Source: an uncultured Actinomycetota bacterium
GTDB lineage: Bacteria; Actinomycetota; Actinomycetes; Propionibacteriales; Nocardioidaceae
DNA length: 64,000 nt
Assembly: GCA_963734355.1 (NCBI GenBank)
Contig: CAVTHU010000044.1
Span: 86,273 to 150,272, forward strand
Direction: 5' to 3'
Shown here: piece by piece, positions 39,591-57,235 of the stretch
How positions within the stretch are numbered: the first letter of the stretch is position 1
How the letters are laid out: each line of letters starts with the position of its first letter
Position numbers and translations under genes: made by a program
The notes under the pieces: generated by a model
Database searches by the model: none
What the model was told of the DNA's origin: nothing
Seen by the model: only the letters and a program-made list of their open reading frames with translations

Positions 39591-39769
39591 GAGCGGAACT
39601 TAGCGCCCCGCTACTGGGGCTCGCTGCTTGGCCAGCGGGTTCTGCATGCCGTCATCAGACCAGATCGGTGCCGGTCTTCAGGGTGGCTGATTGGAACGCT
39701 GGGGGATCCTGACCGAGAATGGCCGCGTCGTGACCCCCGCGACATCCCGCCCACGGAAGGACCTCGGCG

Positions 39770-40312
39770 TTGAACGACGACGAAGGCCACCCGGTCGCCT
39801 CCGGCCTCGCCGCGCTCGTGGGCGTGGGCGTGGTGGTCGGGATCCTGGTGAGCGGCGGTGCGCTGGCGGCCAGCTCGATGCTCGGCCTCGGCGGCGGGGA
39901 CGACGACGGAACGGCGTCGAGCCAGCAGTCGATGTACCTCCCCAAGCCGTCGGACACCGTGCAGGAGACCGGACCGCAGATCACGCTGCAGCCCGGCGAG
40001 GAGACCCCCACCGGCACGGCGACCTCCGAGGCGCCGCCGGAGTTCGCCATCTCGCTGTCGGCGGCCGTGACCGAGGTGGGTCCGATGGAGGAGATCTACC
40101 TGACCGGCGTCTACCCGGGCGGTGAGGGCGCGGTGGTGCAGGTCCAGCGGTTCGAGAACGGCAAGTGGGAGGACTTCCCGGTGGACGCCAGTGTCAGCGG
40201 CGAGACCTTCTCGACCTACGTCCAGACCGCCCAGCTCGGCGTCAACAAGTTCCGCGTCCGCGACACCAGCGGCCCCGACGTCTCCAACGAGGTCAAGGTC
40301 AAGATCCGCTGA
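39770..40312 (+). CDS. Membrane-anchored hypothetical protein with Ig-like C-terminus
   Basis: N-terminal TM helix, Pro/Thr linker, beta-rich tail (VQVQRFENGKWEDFP). Confidence 0.7.
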   Translation: MNDDEGHPVASGLAALVGVGVVVGILVSGGALAASSMLGLGGGDDDGTASSQQSMYLPKPSDTVQETGPQITLQPGEETPTGTATSEAPPEFAISLSAAVTEVGPMEEIYLTGVYPGGEGAVVQVQRFENGKWEDFPVDASVSGETFSTYVQTAQLGVNKFRVRDTSGPDVSNEVKVKIR

Positions 40313-40326
40313 CCTGAGCTGGTGGC

Positions 40327-41172
40327 TCAGCTCGGGATGTAGGCGAAGCTGTCGGGGTTCGGCCCGTTGCGCCCGGCCTCGCCCCGGTCGAGAGCGCTGA
40401 TCGCCGCGACCTCGTCGGCGGTGAGCTCGAAGTCGAACAGCGCGAAGTTCTCCTCCATCCGCTCCCGGTGCGTGGTCTTCGGGAAGACGATGTCGCCGCG
40501 CTCGATGTGCCAGCGCAACGTCACCTGCGAGGGCGTCCGGCCGTGCGCCGCGGCGATCTTGCCGATCACCTCGTCGTCGAGGACGCCACCCTGCGCGATC
40601 GGCGACCACGCCTCGACCAGCACGCCGTGGCGGTGGCTGGCCTCGCGAGCGGCGTCGTTGGTGAAGTAGGGGTGCACCTCGATCTGGTTGACGGCTGGCA
40701 CGACGCCCGTCTCGGCGACGATCCGGTCGAGGTGCTCCGGCTGGAAGTTCGAGACGCCGATCGAGCGGGCCCGACCGTCCTCGACGAACTCGGTGAGGGT
40801 CCGCCACGTCGAGACGTAGTCGCCGTCGTACAGCGTCGGCAGCGGCCAGTGGATGAGGAAGAGGTCGATCTGCTCGAGCCCGAGCCTGGCCAGGGACTCG
40901 CCGAAGACTCGGCGGGCATCGTCGGGCCGGTGGAAGCCGTTGTTGAGCTTGCTCGTGATCCAGAGCTCCTCACGGGGGACGTCGGAGGCCTTCAGCGCCT
41001 CACCGACCTCCTGCTCGTTCTGGTACATCTGCGCGGTGTCGATGTGCCGGTAGCCGACCTGGAGCGCCTGGCTCACCACGTCGGCGGTCTGCGCCGGCGG
41101 CACCTGGAAGACGCCGAAGCCCAGCTGCGGGATCTCGGTCTGGTTGTTCAGGGTCAGGGTCGGGACGGTCAT
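40327..41172 (-). CDS. Aldo/keto reductase (2,5-DKG reductase-like)
   Basis: IPQLGFGVFQ, GYRHIDTAQMY, ITSKL, LFLIHWP, SIGVSNF, NQIEVHP. Confidence 0.93.
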   Translation of the reverse strand: MTVPTLTLNNQTEIPQLGFGVFQVPPAQTADVVSQALQVGYRHIDTAQMYQNEQEVGEALKASDVPREELWITSKLNNGFHRPDDARRVFGESLARLGLEQIDLFLIHWPLPTLYDGDYVSTWRTLTEFVEDGRARSIGVSNFQPEHLDRIVAETGVVPAVNQIEVHPYFTNDAAREASHRHGVLVEAWSPIAQGGVLDDEVIGKIAAAHGRTPSQVTLRWHIERGDIVFPKTTHRERMEENFALFDFELTADEVAAISALDRGEAGRNGPNPDSFAYIPS

Positions 41173-41225
41173 ACCTGTCCGTAACCGACGCGGGCCGCGT
41201 TCATTCCGTTTGCGAGGCTGACACC

Positions 41226-42146
41226 ATGCCCGCGCCCTCCCCCGAGACCCCGCGCCGCTACGTCTCCGACGAGGAGGACAGCGACCGCTGGCGCCGCTTC
41301 CCGTTCCGGGCCGGCGACGTGGTGGTCAGCACCCGCTCGAAGAGCGGCACGACATGGATGCAACAGGTCTGCCTGATGCTGGTGCACGGCACGGCGACCC
41401 TGCCGGCGCCGCTCGGCGAGCTGTCGCCGTGGGTGGACTGGTTGACGATCCCCGAGGACGAGCTGTTCGCCCGGCTCGAGGCGCAGCCGGGCCGCCGGGT
41501 GGTCAAGACGCACACACCGCTGGACGGCGTGGTGATCGACCCGCGGGCGACGTACGTCGTGGTGGTGCGCGATCCGCTCGACCTGGCGGTCTCGCTCTAC
41601 CACCAGGGCGACAACCTGGATCGCGAGCGGATCGCCGAGCTGACCGGGCAGCCGTACGCCGGCGCAGCGGAGCGGCCGCCGCTCGAGGAGTGGCTGCGTC
41701 GCTGGACCCAGCGCGAGACCGACCCGATGACCTCGATGGACTCCCTCCAGGGCGTGGTGCACCACGCCGCCGACGCTGCCGAACGGCGCGACGACCGGCA
41801 GGTGCTGGTGGTTCGCTACGAGGAGCTGGTCGCCGACCTCGACGGCCGGATGCGCTGGCTCGCCGACCGGCTCGGAGTCACGGTCGACCCCGGCAGGTGG
41901 CCAGCGCTCGTCGAGGCGGCGGGGTTCGGCTCGATGCGCGCCGACGCGGCCGCCCGGACCCCCGACCAGCGGGGCGTGCTCAAGGACCCGGCGGCGTTCT
42001 TCCGCCGCGGTCGGCCGGGCGCCGGCCGCGAGGCGTTGCCGCCGGCCGACGTCGCGGCGTACGAGGAGCGGGTCCGGGCCCTGGTCTCCGTCGAGGCGCG
42101 CGGCCGTGAGACGGAGGTCCTCCGGCTGCTCAACCTCCGGCCATGA
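41226..42146 (+). CDS. PAPS-dependent sulfotransferase (SULT-like)
   Basis: STRSKSGTTW, VKTH, VRDPLDLAVS, RYEEL, FFRRG. Confidence 0.88.
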   Translation: MPAPSPETPRRYVSDEEDSDRWRRFPFRAGDVVVSTRSKSGTTWMQQVCLMLVHGTATLPAPLGELSPWVDWLTIPEDELFARLEAQPGRRVVKTHTPLDGVVIDPRATYVVVVRDPLDLAVSLYHQGDNLDRERIAELTGQPYAGAAERPPLEEWLRRWTQRETDPMTSMDSLQGVVHHAADAAERRDDRQVLVVRYEELVADLDGRMRWLADRLGVTVDPGRWPALVEAAGFGSMRADAAARTPDQRGVLKDPAAFFRRGRPGAGREALPPADVAAYEERVRALVSVEARGRETEVLRLLNLRP

Positions 42147-42599
42147 TGAGCGGCGTGCTGCACTACACGGAGTACGAGAGCCGGCTGGCGGCGTACGCCG
42201 TGATCGTCGACGACCGCGACCGCGTGCTGCTCGCGCTGTGGAACGAGAGCGACGAGCCGCTGTGGACGCTGCCCGGTGGTGGCGTCGAGCTGCACGAGAC
42301 CGTCGAGGAGGGCGCGGTCCGGGAGCTCCGCGAGGAGACCGGGTACGACGTCCGGCTCGGCCGGGTGCTCGGCGTCCCCACGATCGTGATCCCGCCGGAG
42401 GAGCGGACTGTCCCGCGAGGCGGCTGGTTCCGGGGGATCCGGGTGGTCTTCGAGGCGACGATCGTGGGCGGGGAGCTGCGCCACGAGGTGGACGGCAGCA
42501 CCGACGAGGCGCGCTGGATCCCGCTGGCCGACGTGCCGCGACCTGCCCCGCGTCGAGCTGGTCGACATCGGGCTCGGGCTGCGGGCGGCCGCGGTCTGA
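42143..42599 (+). CDS. NUDIX hydrolase, 3' frameshift near 42540
   Basis: Nudix box PGGGVELHETVEEGAVRELREETG; corrected end DLPRVELVDIGL...AV*. Confidence 0.85.
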
Positions 42600-42617
42600 G
42601 CCGGTGCCGAGCGCCGG

Positions 42618-45150
<2,533 letters not shown>

Positions 45151-45239
45151 CTCCTGTCCTGAGAAAGGCTAGAGGTCCGGAGAGCCGGTCGCGGGCGAAT
45201 CCACAAGTCCGGTCTTGACCGGAGCGCGAGGATCTGGGC

Positions 45240-46603
45240 ATGGACCGTGGGCCGGCGCTCGCCGTGGCGACAGTGGCGGTGCTGCTGCTCGCGGGCTGCG
45301 ACGAGTCCGCGACGAACGCCGACCCGGCCGTCTCGCCGACGAGCGCGACCACGAGCGCACCGGCTCCCGCCCCGGCGCCGACGGCCGACCCGCCGAGCCC
45401 CGCGGGCGAGGACGACCCCCTGGTGGTGATCGCGCACGCCACCCGACCCCAGCTCACGCTGACCGCGCAGCAGGCGGCCGAGCTGGTCGCGCGCCGCGGC
45501 ACGGCCGGAGTCGTCGGCAGCGTGCGGGCGGTCGAGCGCGACCCGGCGGCGGTGGGCGTCGTGCCGCTGAGTGAGGTCGGGCCGACCGTGGTGGCCGCCA
45601 CGGTGGCGGGCGTGGACCCGGTCCGTGACCATGAGGGCGCGACCACCCTCGTGGTGACCGGTGACGTGATGCTGGTCCGGGGCGTGCCCGACCCTGCCGA
45701 CGCACTGGCGCCGATGCGCCGGCTGCTGCGAGGTGCGGACCTGACCGTCGGCAACCTCGAGAGCACGCTGTCGACCGATGGCGAGCCGCAGCAGCCGAAC
45801 AACGACTCGTTCGGCGGCAGCCCGGCGCTGGTGCCGGTCCTCGAGGACGCGGGCTACGACGCGCTGTCGCTGGCCAACAACCACACCGGCGACTACGGCG
45901 AGCGCGCACTGCGGCAGACCGTGGAAACCCTGCAGCAGAGCCGGATCCGGCCGTTCGGCGCGGGCGACGACCTGGCCGAGGCGGCCGACCCCGCGGTGCT
46001 CTCGGCGCCGGACGGGACGACGTACGCCTTCGTCGGCTTCAACGCGATCGGCGAGACGCCGCGCGCGACCTCGGGGAGCCCGGGCGCGCTGTCGGTCCGG
46101 ATGCCGCCGCGCACCGGGCCGCTCGTCGAGGCCGACGTCGTCCGCGTCGAGCGAGAGGTGCGCAGGGCGGGACGCCTCGCCGACGTGGTGGTCGTGGTTC
46201 CGCACTGGGGCGAGCAGTACACCCACACGCCGTGGCCGGACCAGCGGACCGTCGCCCGGCGCCTGGTCGCCGCCGGCGCCGACCTCGTGGTGGGCGGCCA
46301 CCCGCACTGGGTGCAGGGCGTCGACGCGGTCGACGGCGTGCCGGTGCTGCACTCACTCGGCAACTTCGTCTTCGACATGGACCGCATCCCCGACCCCGGC
46401 GGTGGCTACATGACGGAGACCATGGAGGGCGTCGTGCTCCAGGCGACGTTCTGGGGCCCCGAGCTGAAGGCGGTCCGGCTGCTGCCCTACCGGCTGGACG
46501 ACGGCAGCTTCGCCCCGCGACGCATCAAGGGCGCCGACGTGCTCGCCGACGTGTGGTCGACCAGCACGGGTCCCTTCTCGGCGGCCCTACGGGGTCCGGG
46601 TGA
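45240..46603 (+). CDS. CapA-family metallophosphoesterase lipoprotein (3' end uncertain; ORF track reads to 46982)
   Basis: Lipobox LLAGC, GDVML, GNLES, LANNH..DYG, HWGEQY, GGHPHWVQ, SLGNFVFD. Confidence 0.85.
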
Positions 46604-46623
46604 TCGTCCCGCGGTAGATGCCG

Positions 46624-47617
46624 TCAGCGCAGCCACGGCACCACCACTCGGGCCACCCGCTCGAGCTGGGCGGGGTCGACGACCGACGGGCACGTCGGCG
46701 GGCGAGTGGTACTCGGCGTACGACGTGCTGCCGAGCCTGGCACCCGGCATCCCCTCCTGGACGAACGACCAGTGGTCGCTCGACTTCTGGTCGGTGTCGA
46801 CCAGGGTCGGCACCCCGGCCCTGCGGGCCGCGGCCCGCAGCTCGTCCGACAGGGCATCGGGCTCGTACGCCGAGCCGACCGGCACGACCTCCCCGACGCC
46901 CACCCGGTCCATCGCGACCATGCCGCGCAGGGTCCGGCGCTCGGACGGGCCGAGCGACGCGACGTACGCCGTCGAGCCGTAGTGGTGGTCGGCGTCGCTC
47001 GGGCCGCGCGGCTCCTCCGAGCCGAACGCCACCAGCACCACCGGCAACCGGGTCCGGTGGCCGGCCAGCGCCTCGGCGGTCGCCAGCAGCACGCCGATGC
47101 CGGAGGCGTTGTCCTCGGCGCCCGGTGCCTGCGGGACGGTGTCGAGGTGGGCGCCGACGAGCAGCCACGGCTCGCCCGGCCGCACGTCCCCGCGGGTGGC
47201 GATCAGGTTGACCGACGGACCCGCCGGCACCGGGACCTCCCACGAGACACCTGCCGGGGTGTGGAACCGCTGCCGCTCCACGGCCCACCCGAGGCGGGTG
47301 AGCCCGGACTCCACCCACTGCGCGGCCCGGAAGTACGCCGGCGAGGTGCCCGGTCGCGGGCCGATCCGGTCCCGCCAGGTGCCGGACGGCCGCCATCGCG
47401 GTCGCCACCCGGACGTCGTCGGGGTCGGCCCGCGGGCGCACGTCGGCCGCCGGGGCGGCTGGTGGCGTGCGACCGGTCGCGAGTCGGCGTTTCGGTGGCG
47501 AGTCGTGGCGCGAGGGCGCTGGTCGGGGTCGGCGGCGCGGGGTCGGGAGGCTCGTCCTCGGTGCACGCCGGCGAGCAGCGCCCGGTCGCGACCGCGGCTG
47601 CGACGGCGACTCCTCAC
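46624..47617 (-). CDS. M28 metallopeptidase, probable lipoprotein, several frameshifts
   Basis: VGAHLDTV, PGAEDNASG, FGSEE, MDRVG, SDHWSF, YHSPAD. Confidence 0.8.
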
Positions 47618-47732
47618 CTGCCGCGACGCTAGCCCGGACTGCGCGGGTCACCTCGGAGCCTGAGCGCGAAAATTCCTGCCCCGGTTCGGGAACATCGGGA
47701 CGCGCCGAGTAGCGTTGAGCCGAGTGAGCAAA

Positions 47733-47753
47733 GTTGAGTCGATCGGACTCAAC
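47733..47753. promoter_or_regulatory. HAIR operator (HspR binding site)
   Basis: GTTGAGT-CGATCGG-ACTCAAC against consensus CTTGAGT-N7-ACTCAAG, directly upstream of dnaK. Confidence 0.9.
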
Positions 47754-47784
47754 CCCGAATCTCTGAACGAAAGAGGAACCAGAC

Positions 47785-49715
<1,931 letters not shown>

Positions 49716-49719
<4 letters not shown>

Positions 49720-50423
49720 CCGACCCGCAGCAGCCTCCGGTCGAGCCTGTCGAGACCCCCGAGGGGGACTCGACGGGCTCGGCCCCGGGCTGGGTCCGGG
49801 CTCGTTCCCGGAGTCGGCGGCCGAGATGGCGAACGAGACCGAGGTCGAGGAGGAGCCGGTGATGGCACAGCCCTCCGTCGAGGAGGACGACCTCGCCGAG
49901 CTGCAGCTCCGGCTCGCGGAGCGGACCGCGGACCTGCAGCGGGTCCAGGCCGAGTACCTCAACTACAAGCGCCGGGTCGACCGCGACCGTGAGCTGGTCA
50001 AGCAGAACGCGACGTACGCCGCGCTGGCACCGATCACCGAGGTCATGGACACCATCGACCTGGCCCGCGAGCACGGTGAGCTGAACGGCGGTTTCAAGGC
50101 CGTCGCCGAGCAGCTCGAGCGGATCCTGGCCGGTGTCGGCCTGGTGAAGTTCGGCGCGGTCGGAGACCCGTTCGACCCGATGTTCCACCAGGCACTGAGC
50201 CACATCGGCGAGGACCCGGACGTCACGGTGACCACGTGCAAGGTCATCGCGAAGGCCGGCTACCGGATCGGCGACCGGGTGGTCCGCGCCGCCCAGGTCC
50301 TGGTGGTCGACCCGCCCACGGGCCCGACCGAGCCGGCCGAGCCGGACCGAGCCGACCGAGCCGACCGAGCCGACGCGCGAGCCGGCCGAGCCCTCGGCAG
50401 CAGACGACGAGACGAACGAGTAG
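49716..50423 (+). CDS. grpE: Nucleotide exchange factor GrpE, frameshifts near 49787 and 50345
   Basis: GTGA overlap with dnaK; [39 protein letters not shown]; PTE-repeat tail ends at TAG 50423. Confidence 0.9.
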
Positions 50424-50441
50424 CAGAGGGGAGGTGCGCGC

Positions 50442-51641
50442 ATGGCCACCACGGAGGGGTTCCGGGCCGACTGGGCCCAGAAGGACTTCTACGCCGAGCT
50501 GGGCGTGAAGAAGGACGCGACCAACGCCGACATCAAGAAGGCCTACCGCAAGCTGGCGCGCGCCAACCACCCCGACTCCAACCCGGGCGACGACGCCAAG
50601 CACGACAAGTTCAAGACGGTCGCCGAGGCCTACGACGTCGTCGGTGACCCCGAGAAGCGCAAGAAGTACGACGAGATGCGCGAGCTCTACGGCTCGGGCG
50701 CCCAAGGTTGGCAGAGTCGCGGCGGTTTCGGTGGTGGCGGCGGCTTCAACCTCGACGACCTGCTGCGGGACCGCGGCGGCGCCGGGGGTGGCGGTGCCGG
50801 CGGTGGCATCGGCGACATGTTCGGCGACCTCTTCGGCGGCTTCGGGCGCGGCCGCACCCAGACCCAGGCGCGGCCGCAGAAGGGCGCGGACGCGGAGACC
50901 ACCGCGACGATCGGCTTCACCGACGCGATCGACGGCGTCACCATCTCGCTGCGGCTGACCTCGGACGCGCCGTGCCCCGACTGCAGCGGCACCGGCGGCA
51001 AGCCCGGCACCCGCCCGCACATCTGCCCGGAGTGCGAGGGCGCCGGCTTCATCGTCAACACCGTCGGCGGCGGCGCGTTCTCGCTCAACGAGACCTGCCC
51101 CAAGTGCGGCGGTCGCCAGCTCATCTACGACGAGCCGTGCCCGACCTGCCACGGCAGCGGCCACGGCCTGTCCGCGCGCAGCATCCAGGCGCGGATCCCG
51201 GCCGGGGTGAAGGACGGCCAGCGGATCCGGCTCAAGGGCAAGGGCTCGGCCGGCGTCAACGGCGGTCCGGCCGGCGACCTCTATGTCACGGTGCAGGTCT
51301 CGAAGCACCGGCTGTTCGGCCGCAAGGGCGACAACCTCACCCTCGACGTACCGATCTCGTTCGACGAGGCGGCGCTCGGTGCGGAGATCAAGATCCCGAC
51401 GATGGGCGGCAGCCCGGTCACGGTGAAGGTCCCGGCGGGCACACCCAACGGCCGGACGTTCCGGATCCGCGGCAAGGGGTCGCGCAGGAAGGACGGCACG
51501 ATGGGCGACCTCCTCGCCACCGTGCAGGTCCAGGTGCCCGGCACCCTCAACGCCGAGGCGCGGGCGGCCGTCGACGCCTACCGGGCCGCCGGCAACGAGC
51601 AGTCCCTGCGCGCCAACCTGTTCAGCGAGGGCGGGTCATGA
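50442..51641 (+). CDS. dnaJ: Chaperone DnaJ
   Basis: J-domain HPD, G/F-rich region, four CxxCxG zinc motifs. Confidence 0.97.
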   Translation: MATTEGFRADWAQKDFYAELGVKKDATNADIKKAYRKLARANHPDSNPGDDAKHDKFKTVAEAYDVVGDPEKRKKYDEMRELYGSGAQGWQSRGGFGGGGGFNLDDLLRDRGGAGGGGAGGGIGDMFGDLFGGFGRGRTQTQARPQKGADAETTATIGFTDAIDGVTISLRLTSDAPCPDCSGTGGKPGTRPHICPECEGAGFIVNTVGGGAFSLNETCPKCGGRQLIYDEPCPTCHGSGHGLSARSIQARIPAGVKDGQRIRLKGKGSAGVNGGPAGDLYVTVQVSKHRLFGRKGDNLTLDVPISFDEAALGAEIKIPTMGGSPVTVKVPAGTPNGRTFRIRGKGSRRKDGTMGDLLATVQVQVPGTLNAEARAAVDAYRAAGNEQSLRANLFSEGGS

Positions 51642-51719
51642 CCACCCCACAGAACGACGCGGGGGACGCGCTTCGCGCGAAGGGGCCGTCCTTCCGCGGG
51701 GACCCCGGGAAAAGCTTGA
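51638..51719 (+). repeat. ATGA-junction repeat element, copy 2
   Basis: ATGACCACCCCACAGAA...TTCCGCGGGGACCCCGGGAAAAGCTTGA. Confidence 0.65.
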
Positions 51720-52153
51720 GCGATCGGCAGCCGTTCTTCGGGGCCCCGTCCCCGGACGCTGCTGTCTTCGTGATCAGCGTCGCGGCCGAGCTGACCGGCC
51801 TGCACCCGCAGACGCTGCGCACCTACGAGCGGATGGGGCTGATCAGGCCCGGCCGCACCGGCGGCGGCGGTCGTCGCTACTCGGCGCGCGACATCGACCT
51901 GCTCCGCGAGATCTCCGACCTGACCTCGTCCGGCATCGGCATCGAGGGCGTGCGCCGCATCCTCGAGCTCGAGAACCGCCTGGTCGCCCTCTCGGCGCGC
52001 AACGAGGAGCTGCTCGCCGAGCTCGAGGCCACCCGTGAGGCGCTGCGTCAGGCCGTCTCGGGCCGCCCACAGCAGTCCTCCAGCACCCGGCTGCCCGCCG
52101 TACGCCAGCAGCAGAGCAACCAGTCCATCGTCGTCTGGCGCCGCGGCCGGTAG
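51638..52153 (+). CDS. hspR: Heat-shock repressor HspR (MerR family)
   Basis: VFVISVAAELTGLHPQTLRTYER, GGGRRYS, GIEGVRRILELEN; ATGA overlap with dnaJ. Confidence 0.95.
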   Translation: MTTPQNDAGDALRAKGPSFRGDPGKSLSDRQPFFGAPSPDAAVFVISVAAELTGLHPQTLRTYERMGLIRPGRTGGGGRRYSARDIDLLREISDLTSSGIGIEGVRRILELENRLVALSARNEELLAELEATREALRQAVSGRPQQSSSTRLPAVRQQQSNQSIVVWRRGR

Positions 52154-52187
52154 CCGCCCCGACGACCCACATCCGCAGGAGACCGAC

Positions 52188-54781
<2,594 letters not shown>

Positions 54782-54808
54782 GTTTCGAGGGGCCGTCAGA
54801 CTGGTGCC

Positions 54809-55845
54809 ATGAGCGAGCCGAAGATCGTGCGCCCGCCCCAGGCCACGTTGGCCGGGTGGCTGGTCCTGGGCGGCTCGGTCGTCGTCGTGCTCATGGCGCT
54901 CGGCCAGGGGGCCGTGCTGCACTCGCTCGACACCCGGGAGGCGGTCGAGGAGTACCTCTCGAGCCCGCCCGGCGACCAGCTGGGCGTCGACGTGCAGGGC
55001 ATGCTGACGCTGCTGCGGGTCGTGTGGACGGTCACGGCGGTCGCCGCCGCAGCGGCCGCGGTGCTCGCGTGGTACGCGTTGCACCGCTCCAAGGCCGCCC
55101 GGCTCGCGCTGTCCGGGCTCGCGGTGCCGCTCTTCGTCACCAGCTTCTTCTTCGTCGGGTTGCCCGGTGCCAGTGTCGTCCCGGCGATGGTCACCGCGGC
55201 GATCGTGATGCTGTGGTTCCAGCCGGCCCGGGACTGGTACGACGGCATCGTGCGCGAGGCGCCGGCGCCGCCGCCCCAGCTGCGCCGCCGCCGCCGCCCG
55301 CGCCGACCGGCCGGGACCCGCTGCTCGACCTCCCGCCGCCGAGCGCGCCGCCGCTGCACCCCACGCCGTACGCCGCCCAGCCGCGCGGCTACGTCGCACC
55401 CGCGCGGCGACCCGCGTCGGTCACGTGGGCCTGCGTGCTGGCGTGGCTCTCGACGGCCGCGGTGTTCGGGTTGCTCGGCCTCGTGCTGGTCGTGATGCTC
55501 GCGTCGCCCGACGCCCTGATCGACGCCGCACACCGCGAGAACCCCGACCTCGCCAACCAGGGGATGACGGACGCCGACCTGAAGGCGAGCACCTACGTCC
55601 TGTGCGCGCTGGTCATGATGTGGTCGGCAGCGGCCGCTGCCCTCGCCCTGCTCGCGTGGCGCCAGGTCCGGTGGGCGGCGACGGGGCTTGCCGTCTCGGC
55701 CGGGCTGGCCAGCGTGCTCTGCCTGATCAGCGTCGTCGGCTCGCTCGTCGTGATGCTGGTGCCGCTGGCCGCGTGCGCGGCCACCCTGGCGTTGCTGCTC
55801 CGGCCGGAGTCCACGGCCTGGTTCCGGGCCCGCCGCCCGGCCTGA
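54809..55845 (+). CDS. Membrane protein with Pro-rich linker, frameshifted near 55290
   Basis: Two similar multi-TM halves (RPPQAT.AGW / RPASVTWAC) in different frames. Confidence 0.65.
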
Positions 55846-55863
55846 CCGGCGCTCAGGGCGGTC

Positions 55864-57036
55864 CTAGGCGGTGAGGTCGGTCTCGGCCAGCCGGGCCGCG
55901 CCGTCCTCGATCACCTCGCGGGTCTTGCAGAACGCGAAGCGCACCAGGTCCCGGCCGCCGTCGGGGTCGGCCTGGTCGTCGTAGAAGACCTGGGTCGGGA
56001 TCGCCACCACCCCGGCCCGCTCGGGCAGCGCCCGGCAGAACGCCAGCCCGTCCGGCCAGCCGAGGTCGCGCACCGACGCGGTGGCGAAGTAGGTCCCCTG
56101 GGGGACGTACGCCGTCAGCCCGGCCGCGCGGAGCCCGTCGACCAGCAGGTCGCGCCGCTCCTGGAGGTCGCGGGCCAGCGCGAGAGGGAACTCCCGCTCC
56201 TCGTCGAGCGCCAGGGCCACCGCCGGCTGGAGCGGTGACCCCGAGGTGAAGGTGAGCCACTGCTTGGCGGCCAGCACCGCGCCCACGAGCTCGGGCGGTC
56301 CGGTCGCCCAGCCGACCTTCCACCCGGTGAAGGAGTACGACTTGCCGGCGCTCGACAGCGTCAGCGTCCGCTCGAACATGCCCGGCAGCGTCGCGATCGG
56401 CAGGTGCTCGGTGCCGTCGAAGGTCAGGTGCTCGTAGACCTCGTCGGTGATCACCACGAGGTCGTGCTCGATCGCCACGTCGGCGACCGCCTGCAGCTCC
56501 TCACGGCTGAGCACCGTCCCGGTCGGGTTGTGCGGGCTGTTGAGCAGGACGAACCGGGTCTTCGGTGTCACCGCGGCCCGCAGCGCGTCGACGTCGAGCC
56601 GGAACTCCGGCGCCCGCAGCGTCACCGGACGGCGTACGCCCCCGGCCATCTGGATCACCGCGACGTACGAGTCGTAGTACGGCTCCAGCACGACCACCTC
56701 GTCGCCGGGATTGACCAATCCCAGCAGCGACGCCGCGATCGCCTCCGTGCACCCGGTCGTCACCACGACCTGCCGGTCCGGGTCGAGCTCGAGGCCGTAG
56801 TGCCGCTGCTGGTGCCGGGCGATCGCCTGCCGCAGCTCGGGCCGGCCGGGACCGGGCGCGTACTGGTTGGCGCCGTGCTCCAGCGCCCGCACCGCCGCCG
56901 CGATGACCTCGGGCGGCCCGTCCTGGTCGGGGAACCCCTGCCCGAGGTTGACCGACCCGGTCCGCACCGCCAGCGCCGACATCTCGGTGAAGATCGTGGG
57001 CGCGATGCCCTGCAGCCGGGTCGCGAGGGGGGTCAC
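55864..57036 (-). CDS. PLP-dependent class I aminotransferase (DapC-like)
   Basis: TIFTEMSALA, NLGQGFPD, NSPHNPTG, DEVYEH, SSAGKSYSFTGWKVGW. Confidence 0.92.
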   Translation of the reverse strand: MTPLATRLQGIAPTIFTEMSALAVRTGSVNLGQGFPDQDGPPEVIAAAVRALEHGANQYAPGPGRPELRQAIARHQQRHYGLELDPDRQVVVTTGCTEAIAASLLGLVNPGDEVVVLEPYYDSYVAVIQMAGGVRRPVTLRAPEFRLDVDALRAAVTPKTRFVLLNSPHNPTGTVLSREELQAVADVAIEHDLVVITDEVYEHLTFDGTEHLPIATLPGMFERTLTLSSAGKSYSFTGWKVGWATGPPELVGAVLAAKQWLTFTSGSPLQPAVALALDEEREFPLALARDLQERRDLLVDGLRAAGLTAYVPQGTYFATASVRDLGWPDGLAFCRALPERAGVVAIPTQVFYDDQADPDGGRDLVRFAFCKTREVIEDGAARLAETDLTA

Positions 57037-57131
57037 GTCTGGTCACGTTACTGAGCCGGGCCGCCCAGGGGGCGGTGGGTGGGCACCCGGTCTCCACAGG
57101 TGGGCGGTGGCACAGCAACGCCTGTCCACGG

Positions 57132-57204
57132 GGACGACGGTTGCGGAGCCACCGCCGCCCCGGGCGGGACTGTGGACGACGGTTGCTGAGCCACCGCCGC
57201 CCCG
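57132..57204. repeat. 31-bp direct repeat pair
   Basis: GGACGACGGTTGC[G/T]GAGCCACCGCCGCCCCG at 57132 and 57174. Confidence 0.7.
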
Positions 57205-57235
57205 AGGCGGCCGGCCCGTCGTGTTGGATGGCTGC

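Noticed and set aside
46604-46982. C-terminal extension of CapA overlapping the M28 gene
   Set aside because: Antisense to conserved M28 motifs; probably read-through caused by an indel near 46600
57132-57204. Possible mini CRISPR array
   Set aside because: Only two repeats with an 11-nt spacer and no cas genes
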